A DNA stretch of 64,000 nt from Trypanosoma brucei (GCA_000002445.1 CP000070.1:928001-992000); one strand, 5' to 3'; positions 23,054-34,966 are shown, counted from the stretch's first letter. Numbers and translations: made by a program. The notes: generated from the sequence alone by a model not told the origin.

Positions 23054-24967
23054 TCAAATATTGGGGAAAGAAACACCCAACACACTTCCTCCCGCACTTC
23101 GCCTTTCCTCGCGTGCGCTATCGCGGTCTCGCTCCTTTTGACAACTGTTGCTAAGGCCACCGTGGCTTTCACTGTGCCGTTTCTCACCACGCCACTCACG
23201 CGGTGTCCTGTTTGATTTTGTGCTACTTTTCCTTGTGCTATTCCCTCCCTTGCTTTCAGAAAGCGAAGATGTCTCTTCTGTACAGAAACTGAAGTGGCTG
23301 AACTTTGGTGTTCGGACGATGTCGTTAAACGCACCGAAAGGTGGTTCAAACACTCCCCCACCGCTGCTACGATCCCGCTGAAGGCTGGGAGCACATGGTG
23401 GAAGGGCAATTGAGCAGGAAAGCTCCGTGTCTTCAGGTGGGTTTTGAATCCATGGGTCCTCCAACAGTTCCAAAGCAGTCGATCGTTTCTCTGGGTCTCT
23501 TTGCAGACAGCGCATAAGGAAATCAAGGGTTTTACTTGAGAAGTTGTTTCCTTTTGGGATCATCGAAGACACCAACTCTCCCTTATGCTCCGCGACGCAC
23601 AACATGGTGCTGTATTGATTTTTCATATGCGAAAAGGGGGCACTGCCAGTTAGCATTTCAATAACACAACAGCCAACGGACCAAATGTCGCTTGACAGTC
23701 CCACCGGATCACCGACTATCGCTTCGGGAGCCATAAAATACGCCGTTCCCGCTGGTGTTGGGGGAACCCCGTTATGTTGCGGAGGTTGATTTTCAACCAA
23801 ACTCTTTGCGGTACCGAAGTCGGAAATCTTCAGAGTTCCATTCGGATCCACCAGCAGGTTGTCCCCCTTGAGGTCGCGATGTATAATATTTTTGCTATGC
23901 AAATACGCCAGTCCCTCCAACATTTGACGAGTGAATCGAGATGCCTGCTTCTCTTGAAACGGTCCGAATGTGCGAAGAACGCTGCTAATGCTGCCACCCG
24001 ACACGTACTCGAGATATATCCGTAGACAATTGTCAGCCCACTCGCCGCCCAGAAACTTGACGATATGGGGATGATCTAGCAGCTTCAAAGTGGTAAGCTC
24101 CCTCCTCACTGTATCCAGCAGTTGGCTGTCAGCGTTACTAGTGAACGCAATTTCCTTTACGGCGATAATCTGGTTTGTGTCCCGATTCATGGCTTGGAAT
24201 ACGACACCAAAGCTTCCTTTGCCAATAAGTGCCTTATGGGCGAGACTAACCCGCAGGGGTGTGCCGTCTCCCACGTCATTTGGTAGAGTAACACAACTTG
24301 GACTGATATTACCAATGGATTGTGTCCCCACCTTGCTACTTTCGTTGCTACTACACTTCCTTCCACTTCCCATAAGTATCCGCTTTTGTATCTCTCTGCC
24401 GCTGCTGCTCCTACTGCTGGGGGTACACTTCTCACTTGCACTAAGCAAACTAAACGGAGTATTGGGTGTCAAGGGCACCAAGTCTCCTGATACGAGGTGT
24501 GGCCTCGGGGGTTTTGCTCTTACAGACGGTGACGGTGAGAAGGCAGAAAGCAGCAGGTTTGAGGGAATGGGAGGTCCCCCTTCCTCACCATTTACTACTA
24601 TGTTGCCTCCTTCTACATTTCCCTGTGAAAGCGTTTTGGATGAGCCATGGACAGAAGATACCTTCCGGCTGGCCGGCACTCTCACGGTAACGTTATTTGT
24701 GCTCCTGCTGCTTGCAGGAGGTGTGCTGCCTTCACGCACTGTCGGGGGATCGGTTGACAAGACCTCCAATACGCAAGTGCTGAATCCGCGTCCTGGCGGG
24801 TTCGGGGGGGAACTGACGCAATTCTGTGGTGTAGATAGCACCCCATTGTTACTTGTGTTCATAGACTCACTGTTAGAGACGGAAAGTGAGTCACGACTCC
24901 CACGTCCCGAGGTCCCGACAACGCGCTTCTCAAAAGATAGTTTTGTTTTGCCACTCGAATTGGACAT
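23054..24967 (-). CDS. STE-group serine/threonine protein kinase (STE11/MEKK-like) with a long serine-rich N-terminal region
   Basis: The ATG at 24967 is verified. The C-terminal kinase domain has IGKGSFGVVFQAM, AVKEI, HRDLKGDNLLV, DFGTAK, GTAYFMAPE and DIWSVGCCVIEMLTGSAPF. The GT(A/P)x(F/W)MAPE motif is typical of STE kinases. The N-terminal 330 aa are S/P/N/T-rich. Confidence 0.85.
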   Translation of the reverse strand: MSNSSGKTKLSFEKRVVGTSGRGSRDSLSVSNSESMNTSNNGVLSTPQNCVSSPPNPPGRGFSTCVLEVLSTDPPTVREGSTPPASSRSTNNVTVRVPASRKVSSVHGSSKTLSQGNVEGGNIVVNGEEGGPPIPSNLLLSAFSPSPSVRAKPPRPHLVSGDLVPLTPNTPFSLLSASEKCTPSSRSSSGREIQKRILMGSGRKCSSNESSKVGTQSIGNISPSCVTLPNDVGDGTPLRVSLAHKALIGKGSFGVVFQAMNRDTNQIIAVKEIAFTSNADSQLLDTVRRELTTLKLLDHPHIVKFLGGEWADNCLRIYLEYVSGGSISSVLRTFGPFQEKQASRFTRQMLEGLAYLHSKNIIHRDLKGDNLLVDPNGTLKISDFGTAKSLVENQPPQHNGVPPTPAGTAYFMAPEAIVGDPVGLSSDIWSVGCCVIEMLTGSAPFSHMKNQYSTMLCVAEHKGELVSSMIPKGNNFSSKTLDFLMRCLQRDPEKRSTALELLEDPWIQNPPEDTELSCSIALPPCAPSLQRDRSSGGGVFEPPFGAFNDIVRTPKFSHFSFCTEETSSLSESKGGNSTRKSSTKSNRTPREWRGEKRHSESHGGLSNSCQKERDRDSAREERRSAGGSVLGVSFPNI

Positions 24968-27509
24968 TTTTGGTCGTCGTTAGTTGCTTATGCGCACAAA
25001 ACCAAAGGAAACAAACAAAAAGAGTGAAATAACTTTCCTTCCTTCACCCTTCTTTCCCCTGTACTAATGTTAACGATGACTATCGGTTTCCTTCGGCTCT
25101 TTTTTCTTCGTTTTCGTTAATGTGCCCGCTATTTGTTCGTTTTGCCCCAACTTCACCCTTTTGCCTCTCGCTTCCCTGAACAGTTAAATGATGCGACTAC
25201 CAAATGAGTTTCACTCTTCCGTTCCTAGGCGATTCCACAAGAGGGTGAACGCGTTTTGCGTTTGTATATATATATATATATATTAGTATAAGAAACAATG
25301 GTAAAATACGACTGAGGCTCCGCGTTTCTCTACGGCGTTTGGCACAGTTGCGCTAATTTTTGAAACGGAAATATATAATGTTCCGTTGCAACAAAGCAAC
25401 GCGCTCCCTCCCTTTGATGACGCTCAATAAGCCAATAATGATGGCTAATTACGGCAGCTGAGGTAATGATGATATAATGATGACAGTAGTAATAATGATA
25501 CCAAAAAAGAAAAAAATTACTATGAGCAGAATCCACACGCGCTTGAATTTTCTTCCGTTTTCAACTTCTCCTGGTACCTTTGTCCAACTCTTGCTCTTTA
25601 TTCTTCTTTTTCTTTCTAATATATATGTATATATCCCTCCCTTTTATATTCCTCTCCTTCTTTCTCTCTTGTACTGTTTTGTTTCCCCCACCACCACCAC
25701 CACCACGTCTCTTCCCTTATATCCCAACTACTTTCCTTTGCTTCCTCAAGCGCAGGATCAAAATATGAAAGTTACACAAAAGTGGTAACAACAGCAGCAG
25801 CAGTAATATATATTTATATGTTATTGTAGCTGAAGTTGTTGTTACTTCTTAACGCGTCACACACTCTTTTTTTTTTTTTTACTCCTCTCTCTCTCTGACT
25901 TTTATTTATTTTCCTTCTTCCCTCGTACTAAATGAATAAATATTCCTCTCTCGAGTATCCTCCCACACTCTTGCTTTCTTTCCTTCGTGGCACCGCAGGT
26001 GTTCCAAAATCGGTTCGCGGATGACTTTTTGCTTATTTGCTTTGATGAGTGTGTTGATGCGCCCAATCAAAACCTACAAAATATCATATATTGCAATACA
26101 AATATAAATATTTAGCAGAGGGACCCGGTGAGGCAACAGGCCAAAGTTCCTCTTCCTTTCCTTTGCACCACCGCGGCACTAATTTTTCTTTTATTTTCCT
26201 TCTTTCGTTATTTATTGATCTCTCCTCTGCAAGCGCGCGGTTTGAAGGAAAACAAGAGTAATATCAACAACAACAACAACAAAAGCGCAACCAAAACAAT
26301 ACAAAAATCAAACGAGTTAATCTGAAGTAAACAAAAGAAGATGGAAACGGAGATTATAAAAACAACAGATAAAAATTAAATAAGTAAGTTAACTAAAGGA
26401 ACAAGAACAAAGGTCGTAGAGAAAAAAAAATTCAACCTTACAAAAAAAAAAAAACAAGCACAAACACACAAAAAATTAAAAAAAGGTCACAGAATCGAAC
26501 TAAAATGCGAAAATTAAAAAGAAACAAAAAACAAAAAAAGGGATAAGAGAAAGAAACGAGAGCGCGTGTAAGACTAACAAATGAAAACTCTGCACTCACC
26601 GCCTCAGCTACCTTTTAGGGGTATGGAGTGAAGCACTACACATCGTATGCACCAATTGTGGAAGTAATGGAAGAAGTGACAGAAAGGAAAGATGACGAGA
26701 GAAAAAGTCAAAGAGAAAAGAGAAGAGAAGAGAGGAGAAGTGAATTGAAGTGAAATCGACAGGAGATTTATGAAGCATGGAGGAGAAGTTAGAGGCAAAT
26801 TGCTTTATCAATCGTGTTCTTAATGTTGTTGGCATTGCAGATATGTCGTAAGAGGACCTTACGAAATTAACCAAAAGAAAAAAAGAGTACACATCGAAGC
26901 GTCACAAATTAGTAAAGGGTGTAACGGGAGAGCACAAACGATGGTTACAAGAATGAATTAAGCAAAGATAAAAAACGACGGACAAAAGTGAACAAAAACA
27001 TGTTAAGGATTACGTATATGTCTCTGTGTGCATATAGATATAATATATATATATATATATTATAGTTGTTATCATTATTATCATCATTATTATCCATGAA
27101 TGACGACGCATATACTCCCTCTTTAATTATCGCGCACGCCCAGAAGCTGCAGCGCGGGGGAAAACGAAAAAGAAAACGTCGGGAACCACTTTGACATTTG
27201 CAAGAAGGCAATACAGCACCCAACACTTAATTACGAAAGCAGATGGTAAACATCGATTAAAAGGGTTGATGAAGGGCGTAGCGAAGTGGTGATGAAAATA
27301 CACCAGAAAAAAAATGTATATCTGAAAGAAAAAAAAACTTTGTAATCAAAAATAACAGCAGCAGGCCAAGTATCGAAGGGAAAGGAAACCAAGCTGACTG
27401 ACAAATGCTACGTTCACAGCCATGTGATCACGCACATGTGAAGAAAAGCAAATCCAATAAACATAAGGTGGCATTCCTCTTTTCCCTCCGTGCCGTTCCA
27501 CCCCATCCT

Positions 27510-29459
27510 TCAATACGGGAAGATATCTGAAAAGACGTCCTCAAACTTAGCTCCGTTCCACGGTTCCTTTTCACTTAACAGAGAAGGACGAGGCCCATGA
27601 TGTGACACTCCCTTCTGCACCCCCGCACCAGCAACAACATCATCGATGGGCTTCGCTGCTGAGGGGCGACGCGGCAATGGTGACGTGACCAAATGACCCA
27701 CTGGACCCAACTTTGTGACAAAGTTTTTGCGTGGTTGGCCTCGCTTCTTGCTGCTGTTGCTGTTATGAACTGTGCTCACTGGCATTCCCGAAAGAGACGG
27801 ACTGCGGCTGCAGCGTGTTGCCTTCACCTGACTTGAAGGACGGATCAGAGCAACGGAATGGTGATTACGTGGTGGCGATGATGGAGGGGACTGTGGATGT
27901 GACAAAGATGGGGTTTCGTTTCCACCTTCCCAGTGTTTGTCCGACTCTGCAGATTTCGGTTTTGCACCCAGTGGATAAGTCCTACGAGCTGGAGTGGCAA
28001 CATCCGGTGGCAACCGAGGCCGCTTCTTCTCCGTCTGCGCAGCTCCTCGAGCACGCGGTACCACCAACTTGGCGGGGTTTGTTAGCTGAAACCAACTTCT
28101 AGTTGCGTCAGCCTTTTCCTCGCGACGCAGAGGCGACACATCCCGCTGCAGTTTCTGCTTCTTCACCGCCTCCAAATCCAATTGCCGTTGGGTAACTGCC
28201 TCTTGGCGCGCCGCCTCCTCACCTTCCGCGAGTGCACGCCGCGTTAGCAATTCCTCTGCACAAAGTCCTTCACGGGCCTCTTTCTGTAGCAGTAACAAGC
28301 GCCGCGCAAAGAGACGTGCCTCGTGCGCTTTGCGCGCCCTTGACACCTCCCCTTCAAGTTGTGACCACTCCTTGTGAATGTCCGCCGCGCGGGACCGCTG
28401 CCGACAGTAAAGAAGCCGCAAGGCACCGCACAGAAGCCGGAGTGATGCGTTGCGGCGCTGAAAGATGGCCTCTGAAGTGCGTGCCACCTCAAGCTCTTCT
28501 GCGGAAAGGGCCCTTCCACTTTCTGTTTGTGCAGTTTCCTCTTTCAAGCGGTCCCGCTGGCACCGCAAACCTCCCACCCATGTGTTCATCATTTCTGAAA
28601 CAACCTCCGTTTGTGCTTCAGCAGCCGAAACAACCGTATGTAAGAGTCCACACCGCCACGACACGAACCTGAAGTAAACCTCCGCACGCTGGTGCTTTAC
28701 TGCCTGGGTGTCGGCCGCTGTAAGTGCACCCTGTAGCGCCATACGACATATATCGTTGCGTGCTTCAGCTTCTGAAGACTCCACTCGAGCTGCTGCCAGC
28801 TCACTTTCCCTCACCAACTGCTGCAACTCGAGTCTCTGGGCGACGCCGCGCAACCTGTCACTCTCAGCAAGTGTTGCAACGGAGTGCTGCTCATATTCTT
28901 CCCTCAGCCCCGCAGTCAACTGTCTTTCTTGCTTATACGCATCGTCCAAACGCACCGTCTCCGCGCTATGCTCCACCAGACGCTGCGCTACTCGTGAATG
29001 CACTTCACCAACCCGACGTAACACAATGACCAGTTGGTTCACACGCTCCAGATTCTTCACAACATCACCCAGTTGCTCACGAAAGACTTGGCGCTCTTGC
29101 AAGGCATGCAACACCAGTGCCACTCGAGCTGGGTATCCCGCCCACGCGATTTCACATCCCTCCAGAGTCTCCCGTAGTCGCGCGGTTTTCTTCTGTTCAT
29201 CTTTAATGAAAACCGCGAGCGCGCCAAACTTTACGTTACCCTGCTGCAACTGTTGCCGTAGTCGTGAATTCTCTTGCTTCAGTTCACTCAAATCTTGCGT
29301 TCTGCGTTCCACGTCCGTAATGACTTCCTTGAGACCAAAGAAAAGTGACCGCTTCGTGCGCTCCATTTCCATGAGCCGCGCCTCCAGCCGCTCATAATTG
29401 CTGGCTTGCACCACCTTCTGTTGTAGCAGCGCATCGGCACAGCCCTCCAGTGTCGACAT
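27510..29459 (-). CDS. hypothetical coiled-coil protein (649 aa)
   Basis: The ATG at 29459 is verified. The first 430 aa are dominated by heptad-like E/R/Q/L/A-rich sequence. The C-terminal 200 aa are P/S/R-rich and basic. There are no catalytic motifs. The long plus-strand ORFs here (28232-28672, 28708-29397) are antisense artefacts. Confidence 0.75.
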   Translation of the reverse strand: MSTLEGCADALLQQKVVQASNYERLEARLMEMERTKRSLFFGLKEVITDVERRTQDLSELKQENSRLRQQLQQGNVKFGALAVFIKDEQKKTARLRETLEGCEIAWAGYPARVALVLHALQERQVFREQLGDVVKNLERVNQLVIVLRRVGEVHSRVAQRLVEHSAETVRLDDAYKQERQLTAGLREEYEQHSVATLAESDRLRGVAQRLELQQLVRESELAAARVESSEAEARNDICRMALQGALTAADTQAVKHQRAEVYFRFVSWRCGLLHTVVSAAEAQTEVVSEMMNTWVGGLRCQRDRLKEETAQTESGRALSAEELEVARTSEAIFQRRNASLRLLCGALRLLYCRQRSRAADIHKEWSQLEGEVSRARKAHEARLFARRLLLLQKEAREGLCAEELLTRRALAEGEEAARQEAVTQRQLDLEAVKKQKLQRDVSPLRREEKADATRSWFQLTNPAKLVVPRARGAAQTEKKRPRLPPDVATPARRTYPLGAKPKSAESDKHWEGGNETPSLSHPQSPPSSPPRNHHSVALIRPSSQVKATRCSRSPSLSGMPVSTVHNSNSSKKRGQPRKNFVTKLGPVGHLVTSPLPRRPSAAKPIDDVVAGAGVQKGVSHHGPRPSLLSEKEPWNGAKFEDVFSDIFPY

Positions 29460-30558
29460 GATGTCGAGATTTGGCGCAGTAAAGAGAGATTCAAAAGGAA
29501 GCTAAACACTCTGACAATGATGATGATGATTAGATCCTGAGACGTTAATATCCTTCGGACTCGCTGACTCTTGTAAAGGGACGTCGCTCTTTGCCTCTTG
29601 TCCCTTCTCCTTTATGTTCCCGCCAAAGTAATCGATGCCCTTTGGTTGACCCCTAGTGGAACTGAGAGCTGCAATTATGGACTCTGTATTATTCCCTCAA
29701 TGGGGTAACGGGCGGCAGTTTTGTTCTCTTCCAATCAATTGCTTGAAAATAATACAAGAAAATATCGACGGTAAAAAGAATACGAAGCAAGAAAATGAAG
29801 GAAAAAAAAAAGGAAAACATCGCATGAAACACTTTTCAACTCACGTCTTACTGGCATCCCTACCACGTTTGGGTCTTGCACACCTGTTGGAACAGTATGC
29901 AAATATACGAAAATACCTATACATGGCAGTTACTCAATAACAGAAAAGCACGTGAATGCACCTGTAAGTAGCAGGAAATGATTATGTCGTAAACATTTGG
30001 CGCCATTGTGCACACAGGGCCAAGTGTTCCACAACACACAGCAGCAGCCGCTCCAGCTGAGTGAAGGTGGTAGTTGCCATCTGGAAAGATGTAACGATAA
30101 CAACGACAAAAAAAAATACATTAGCGGTCACCAGACGTGTCTTGGACCAAATTGCACCCCAAGGAAACGACAGAGTAACAGCCTCCCACAGAAAGATAAA
30201 GGGAAAGAAATAGGGGTTAAAGGGTAACAACAACAACAACTATAGGAACGAAAGCTCCTTAAGTGATAAAACGTTGGTTGCAATCACACATAAGAAAATG
30301 TCACGGCCATGTGAAAACTATTAGGGGGGCTGGCCTCATACTGTACAGAGCAGTCTAGAGGGGGGAGGGTGAAAAAAAAAAAGGATCAGAATAAGGGATA
30401 TGTGTCCTATAGTAAGCAAAAAAGATCAAAGCCCTCCTTCATTGTAGTGAGGTCATAAGAGCACGGGAGAACGATCCCGTGGTTTTCTTTCCATAAATCA
30501 ACGCCGGGACCCGTCCCACTGTTTTTATGAGACGCTTAACATTCGCTCGCCCTGTTCC

Positions 30559-32520
30559 CTACGGTGAATTTGCCGAGCATGCTACCATCTTATATACGGA
30601 CAGAAGCTGCTGTAATACAATTTTCGTGCTTTTGAAAACTGTGGGGAAGCGCGCGACAAGACGTCGGAGCTCCCGTTCCAGAAAAGGTTGCGCTGGGGTT
30701 AGTGTTTCCTCTGTTGGTGAGCTGGATCCACAGCCTTCATCCTCATCGTCATCACTATCAAAGGCCGGCACGTGCCGCTGGTTCACTCTCAGTAGAATGA
30801 ACGGCGCAATGTCGTCGTCGTTGACACCATCAGTTGCCACCCTATTCTGGTAGTAGCGAAAGGAATCATCCAGATATGTTTCAATGCCTGAAACAATGGC
30901 GCGTTGAGTGTTCGTTGGGAGAGCAACTAGAGTGCAGGCCAGTAGTGGCCCCATGCTACCCAGGTAGATAAACGACCGCTGATCTGTTCGCGTGAAATTA
31001 AGGGCTTGCACAACAGAAAGAGAACGAAGAGCACGCCACATATGCACAACAAACATCGGGTTTTCATTATTAGTTGTCGGCAACATGTTCTTTAAATCCA
31101 GCACCCCGCCTCCTTTGCTCTGGCGTGACTGCAGCGGGTTAGTTGAATCCATCCTTGCAAAACTATCACCCAAACCCAGACACGGCAATGACTCCAAGGT
31201 ATTACCCATACCACCACTTAAGTTGGACGAAGTTAAGTCACCGTGCCTTTCGTGAGCAGCTTTCACCAGTCGCAAGAGTTCCGCCTGTTTGCCCCCACCT
31301 TTGGCAGACTGCTGAATGAGTGTTAACCTCGTAAGAAACGTGTTTCCCTCTGACTGAAGTCGCTTGACGTAATCGTCGTGAAGCACTGCCTTCACAGTCT
31401 GTATGTCCTGGGCCAAACCACGAACGGACTTAAGGTTAATCCTTGCGCGCACAACCAGTGGATACAGATGACCCAAATCAGATGCAATCTTGTGAGCAGG
31501 AAGCGCCACACAGCAGGAAAAAACAATTGCATCGGGCCTCAACAACCGTGTCAGGGGTTCATCCTTCCGAGAAGATTCGCCTGGACTATCTTTCACATTT
31601 TTGCGGCTACTACCGCGCTCGCTAGTTTCCATGGTTCGCCACTTTTCTACAACGTCTCGCAGCGTCCGCTTCCTGGGGCGTCGCCGATCCTTCACGGCAC
31701 CCCCGACCTCATCCACCTCATCAGTCCTGCTACCACCTGCAGCTTCATTATCCACTAATCCCACGGCAGCTGGGGTTAGACTACAGCGAGGACAATAAAT
31801 TTTTGCAAAATCATGAAACTGACTCTGCTGGCACGCAATAATGAGAACATGACACTGCATTAGTGCCTGTCTTCCTGCATCCTTAGCAACACACTGCACT
31901 CCTTGCGCGGCGAAGCATGCGACAGCTTCGGGTCGTTGCGTGACAATTGTGACACGCGATGGGTGAACCAGCTCACGCACCCTAAGGAGCAATTCAACAA
32001 TTGCGCGTCCAACCCTTCCTCCTCCAACAACCACAACCCGAAACTCTAATGGCGGTAGAAGCTGTTTCCGAACCCTCCCTTGTTTAAAGGGGGCTAAAGG
32101 TGAATAATGAAAAGATTGATCACTAGTCTCTAAGTCGCTGCATGATGGAGCCACCTTGAACACAACACCACCAATCCCACCAATCTCGCTTCCGCATGCC
32201 CCCGCTGCCGCGGAGTTGTCCCCACCTGTTGTTTCATATGTGCAGCTGTTGCGTAGTCTCAAAGGAGGCGGTGGTGGTAACGTCTCGGATTCGACATATT
32301 TATCACGAACACGCTCGACATAACGCAACACACGCCAAAAATTCGACGACTTATCGCCAATCACTGCATGATTAGAAGAGACAGCGTAACAGGTATACAA
32401 GCACTGCTGCGCAAGGGCAGACACCGCAAGAGGGGCTCCGGTTATCAGTGGGTTCATTGTGGGGTCCACGCAACTGCCGTCAACGACCCCACACAAAAGG
32501 TGTTTTACGTCTTCCTGCAT
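30559..32520 (-). CDS. hypothetical protein with a central Rossmann NAD(P)-binding module resembling the pyrroline-5-carboxylate-reductase N-terminal domain
   Basis: The ATG at 32520 is verified. The motif reads RVVVVGGGRVGRAIVELLLRVRELVHPSRVTIVTQRPEAVACFAAQGVQCVAKDAG...CHVLIIACQQSQFHDF. Compare the P5CR/F420-oxidoreductase N-domain (IGfIGaGnMg.Ai..gl......i.v..r........gv.......dvvilaVkP). The rest of the 653-aa protein is unrecognised and has acidic low-complexity stretches. Confidence 0.7.
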   Translation of the reverse strand: MQEDVKHLLCGVVDGSCVDPTMNPLITGAPLAVSALAQQCLYTCYAVSSNHAVIGDKSSNFWRVLRYVERVRDKYVESETLPPPPPLRLRNSCTYETTGGDNSAAAGACGSEIGGIGGVVFKVAPSCSDLETSDQSFHYSPLAPFKQGRVRKQLLPPLEFRVVVVGGGRVGRAIVELLLRVRELVHPSRVTIVTQRPEAVACFAAQGVQCVAKDAGRQALMQCHVLIIACQQSQFHDFAKIYCPRCSLTPAAVGLVDNEAAGGSRTDEVDEVGGAVKDRRRPRKRTLRDVVEKWRTMETSERGSSRKNVKDSPGESSRKDEPLTRLLRPDAIVFSCCVALPAHKIASDLGHLYPLVVRARINLKSVRGLAQDIQTVKAVLHDDYVKRLQSEGNTFLTRLTLIQQSAKGGGKQAELLRLVKAAHERHGDLTSSNLSGGMGNTLESLPCLGLGDSFARMDSTNPLQSRQSKGGGVLDLKNMLPTTNNENPMFVVHMWRALRSLSVVQALNFTRTDQRSFIYLGSMGPLLACTLVALPTNTQRAIVSGIETYLDDSFRYYQNRVATDGVNDDDIAPFILLRVNQRHVPAFDSDDDEDEGCGSSSPTEETLTPAQPFLERELRRLVARFPTVFKSTKIVLQQLLSVYKMVACSANSP

Positions 32521-32548
32521 AATCTTCTAATATGCTCTTGTTTTTGTA

Positions 32549-32626
32549 ATATATATATATATATATAATATAATATAATATAATATGAGTGTGTGTGTGT
32601 GTGTTTGTGTTTGTGTTTGTGTGTGT
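32549..32626. repeat. compound microsatellite (AT)n(ATAAT)n(GT)n(GTTT)n
   Basis: I read atatatatatatatatataatataatataatataatatgagtgtgtgtgtgtgtgtttgtgtttgtgtttgtgtgtgtg directly from the sequence. It lies just upstream of the gene at 32520. Confidence 0.9.
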
Positions 32627-33286
32627 GCCGGTGAGGGAAAACTACAATATCTCTTTCTTTGCCCTCAACCTTGGTGAACCGTGCCTCTCGATATGGGACG
32701 ACACGATATTGGGGTGTCGCGCAAAGCGAAAAGAAAAATAAACAACGAATAAGAGGAAACGGCACTAACAGTCACCCGACACGGAGCAAAAAAAAAAAAG
32801 AAGAAGGAAAGAAAATACGAGCACATGAAATGCTCGTTATGGGAAGGGGAAAAACATTTGAGAAACACGAAGAGCTGATGAGCAGCCGAGTCGGTTTCCG
32901 CAATGCGCCACGGCCGCCGTTTACAGTTTCAAAAAAAAAAGGTAAAAGAAAAACTTGACGGCGGCTGTGGTACAATGCGAAAAGGACCACAACTCCTTTT
33001 CCGCTCACACATTCATTTCTTTTCAGCAAATGAAGAAAGGGTACGCCTTTCCCCATCAAAAAAAAAAAAGAAAACACACGCAACAAAAACGCGAAAATAA
33101 ACATGAGGAAAAAAAAAACAGTCCACAGATCGAACCCTCGTGCACAACAACGGAGAAAGGAAGTTGCCATCCACCGACGGAAACTTACTGCCAATATCGT
33201 CACACCTCCTTCACATATATACACACACAAAAAAATAATAATAATAAAACGCCCTAGAAAGGATGGCGCATAATGCAAAATCCCAT

Positions 33287-33748
33287 TTACTTCATTGTGT
33301 ATGTGAGGTGGCACTTACCGCAGTATTTTCGGCCCTTGTGCTGCGCCATGAAGACGCCAGCGCCACAGTTCGGGTTCGGACATTCGTCACGCGTGCGTTC
33401 CACCTTGAAGGAACCGTCGTCGTTCTCCGTAACTTTGAAGTACTTCAATGCCCGCATCTTCTCGAGTTTGTGGCGGTGGATGGGTTTTTTTGGTTTTGTG
33501 AAGACCTTCTTCTTCTTTTTCTTACCTTTACCACCTTCCACCGGAATCATTACCTGCACCGTACTGCCCTGCTGAAGGCCGCATTCCGCCAGCGTAGCCG
33601 ACTCCTCCCGCAAGCAAAATCCACCAAAGAAAAAAATGCTGCTGGTGTCGTCAAAACCCGCTTTGGCGCGCAACGTCCCGACGGTGTCGGCAGCTGAAGC
33701 CTCCACGACAGATGTTGCACCAGTCGCTGAGCGAAGAAACAACTGCAT
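33287..33748 (-). CDS. RPS27A: ubiquitin-like / 40S ribosomal protein S27a fusion, with a highly diverged ubiquitin moiety
   Basis: The ATG at 33748 is verified (plus 'cat' at 33746-33748). The C-terminal half is unmistakably S27a: [31 protein letters not shown]...[29 protein letters not shown], with the CxxC...CxxC zinc ribbon. The N-terminal 76 aa ([73 protein letters not shown]) align to ubiquitin at MQ.F....TG.T...E....DT....KAK and keep the terminal GG, but otherwise are only about 25-30% identical to canonical ubiquitin. The track ORF (to 33889) carries a 47-aa low-complexity extension that I discard. Confidence 0.85.
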   Translation of the reverse strand: MQLFLRSATGATSVVEASAADTVGTLRAKAGFDDTSSIFFFGGFCLREESATLAECGLQQGSTVQVMIPVEGGKGKKKKKKVFTKPKKPIHRHKLEKMRALKYFKVTENDDGSFKVERTRDECPNPNCGAGVFMAQHKGRKYCGKCHLTYTMK

Positions 33749-33830
33749 GTTTCCCTTCTTTTTTTTCTCCCTTCCTTCTCCCTTTAGTTGCACGGGTTGT
33801 TTCTTTCCCCTATAAAGTATAAATGTATAA

Positions 33831-33865
<35 letters not shown>

Positions 33866-34927
33866 AAAAAGAAAAAAAGGTTCCGTCAAGGGATAAAGGA
33901 GGGAGGATTATATATGAGACAAGTTGCAAAGTAAGCACAGCGATAATAATTAAAAAAAAAAAAGAAGTAACGTAGAGGGGAACAAACTGGTGGAGTGGAG
34001 GGCATACAATAAGGAAGCATCGAGGAAAAAGAAACAAAAAACAACAAAAACAACAAAAAGAAGTGACTCCAAAAGTGGAAAAAAACAAAACAGCAACGAA
34101 ACCCCACGAGCAACAGCAAATGAGTATATGCATAAATGTACACATATACATAAATATACTGGACCTTCTGCTTGGCGAGGCGGTTACCCATACTTACACA
34201 GTGGATTGTGTGCCAATTTAATGACACTTATTTACGAGGTGAAATAAAAGGAAAAACAAGCACGAAAGTGTTTTACGTGTTTGTATTTGAGAGAAGAGAG
34301 GTGATCCGGGCGCGAGGGGAATGAACACAATAGAAACGGAAAGAACAAAAAAAAAAGGATATGAAAGTAAAAACTTTAGCTCACACACAAGCACACATGT
34401 GTATACGTGTATATGCGTGTCAGCGTACTCTCCGTGCTCACCACGGCATGAGAAAAAGAAAAGGAAAGAAAAAAAAACAGTCTTTCCTTCCCTTAATTTC
34501 ATATCATATTCCTCAATTAAACACCGCAGTTAGTGGGAAATTTGTATCATGTGTGTTCACAACAAATTAGATTCATAACCTCCTGCCTCAAATTTTATGG
34601 AAAAATAATGCGACGCCTTCGCACCTTCCATGTTTATTCGCTGCTAACCGCCGCCCCCATGTGTATTTTTTTCCCCCGTCCCCCACAAATCCCTATTTCT
34701 CTCTTACATTCTGGAGCATACAAATGAGAGAAAAAAAAAGGAAAAGAAAAGAAAAGAAAAAAAATTAAAGGAAAGGAAAAAAAAAAAAAGAGATCACCGT
34801 ACTCCTCTGTATTTCTTGTAAGGTAACACGGGCACAATCAACCGTCCAGTAGTGATATGTTGCTCTCAATTTCAGAAAAAAAAAACACATACACACACAA
34901 ACACAAACAAACAAAAAAAGAAAAGAA

Positions 34928-34966
34928 AATGATAAAAAAAATGATAAAAAAAATGATAAAAAAATG
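34928..34966. repeat. tandem repeat of the 12-13-mer aatgataaaaaaa, 3 copies
   Basis: I read aaatgataaaaaaaatgataaaaaaaatgataaaaaaatg directly from the sequence. Confidence 0.8.

Noticed and set aside
24090-24983. 297-aa plus-strand ORF, plus the others at 28708-29397, 20142-20561 and 51935-52483.
   Set aside because: They lie antisense to and fully inside well-supported minus-strand genes (STE kinase, coiled-coil proteins). Long antisense ORFs are expected opposite GC-rich coding sequence. Their composition is S/L/P/R-rich without motifs.
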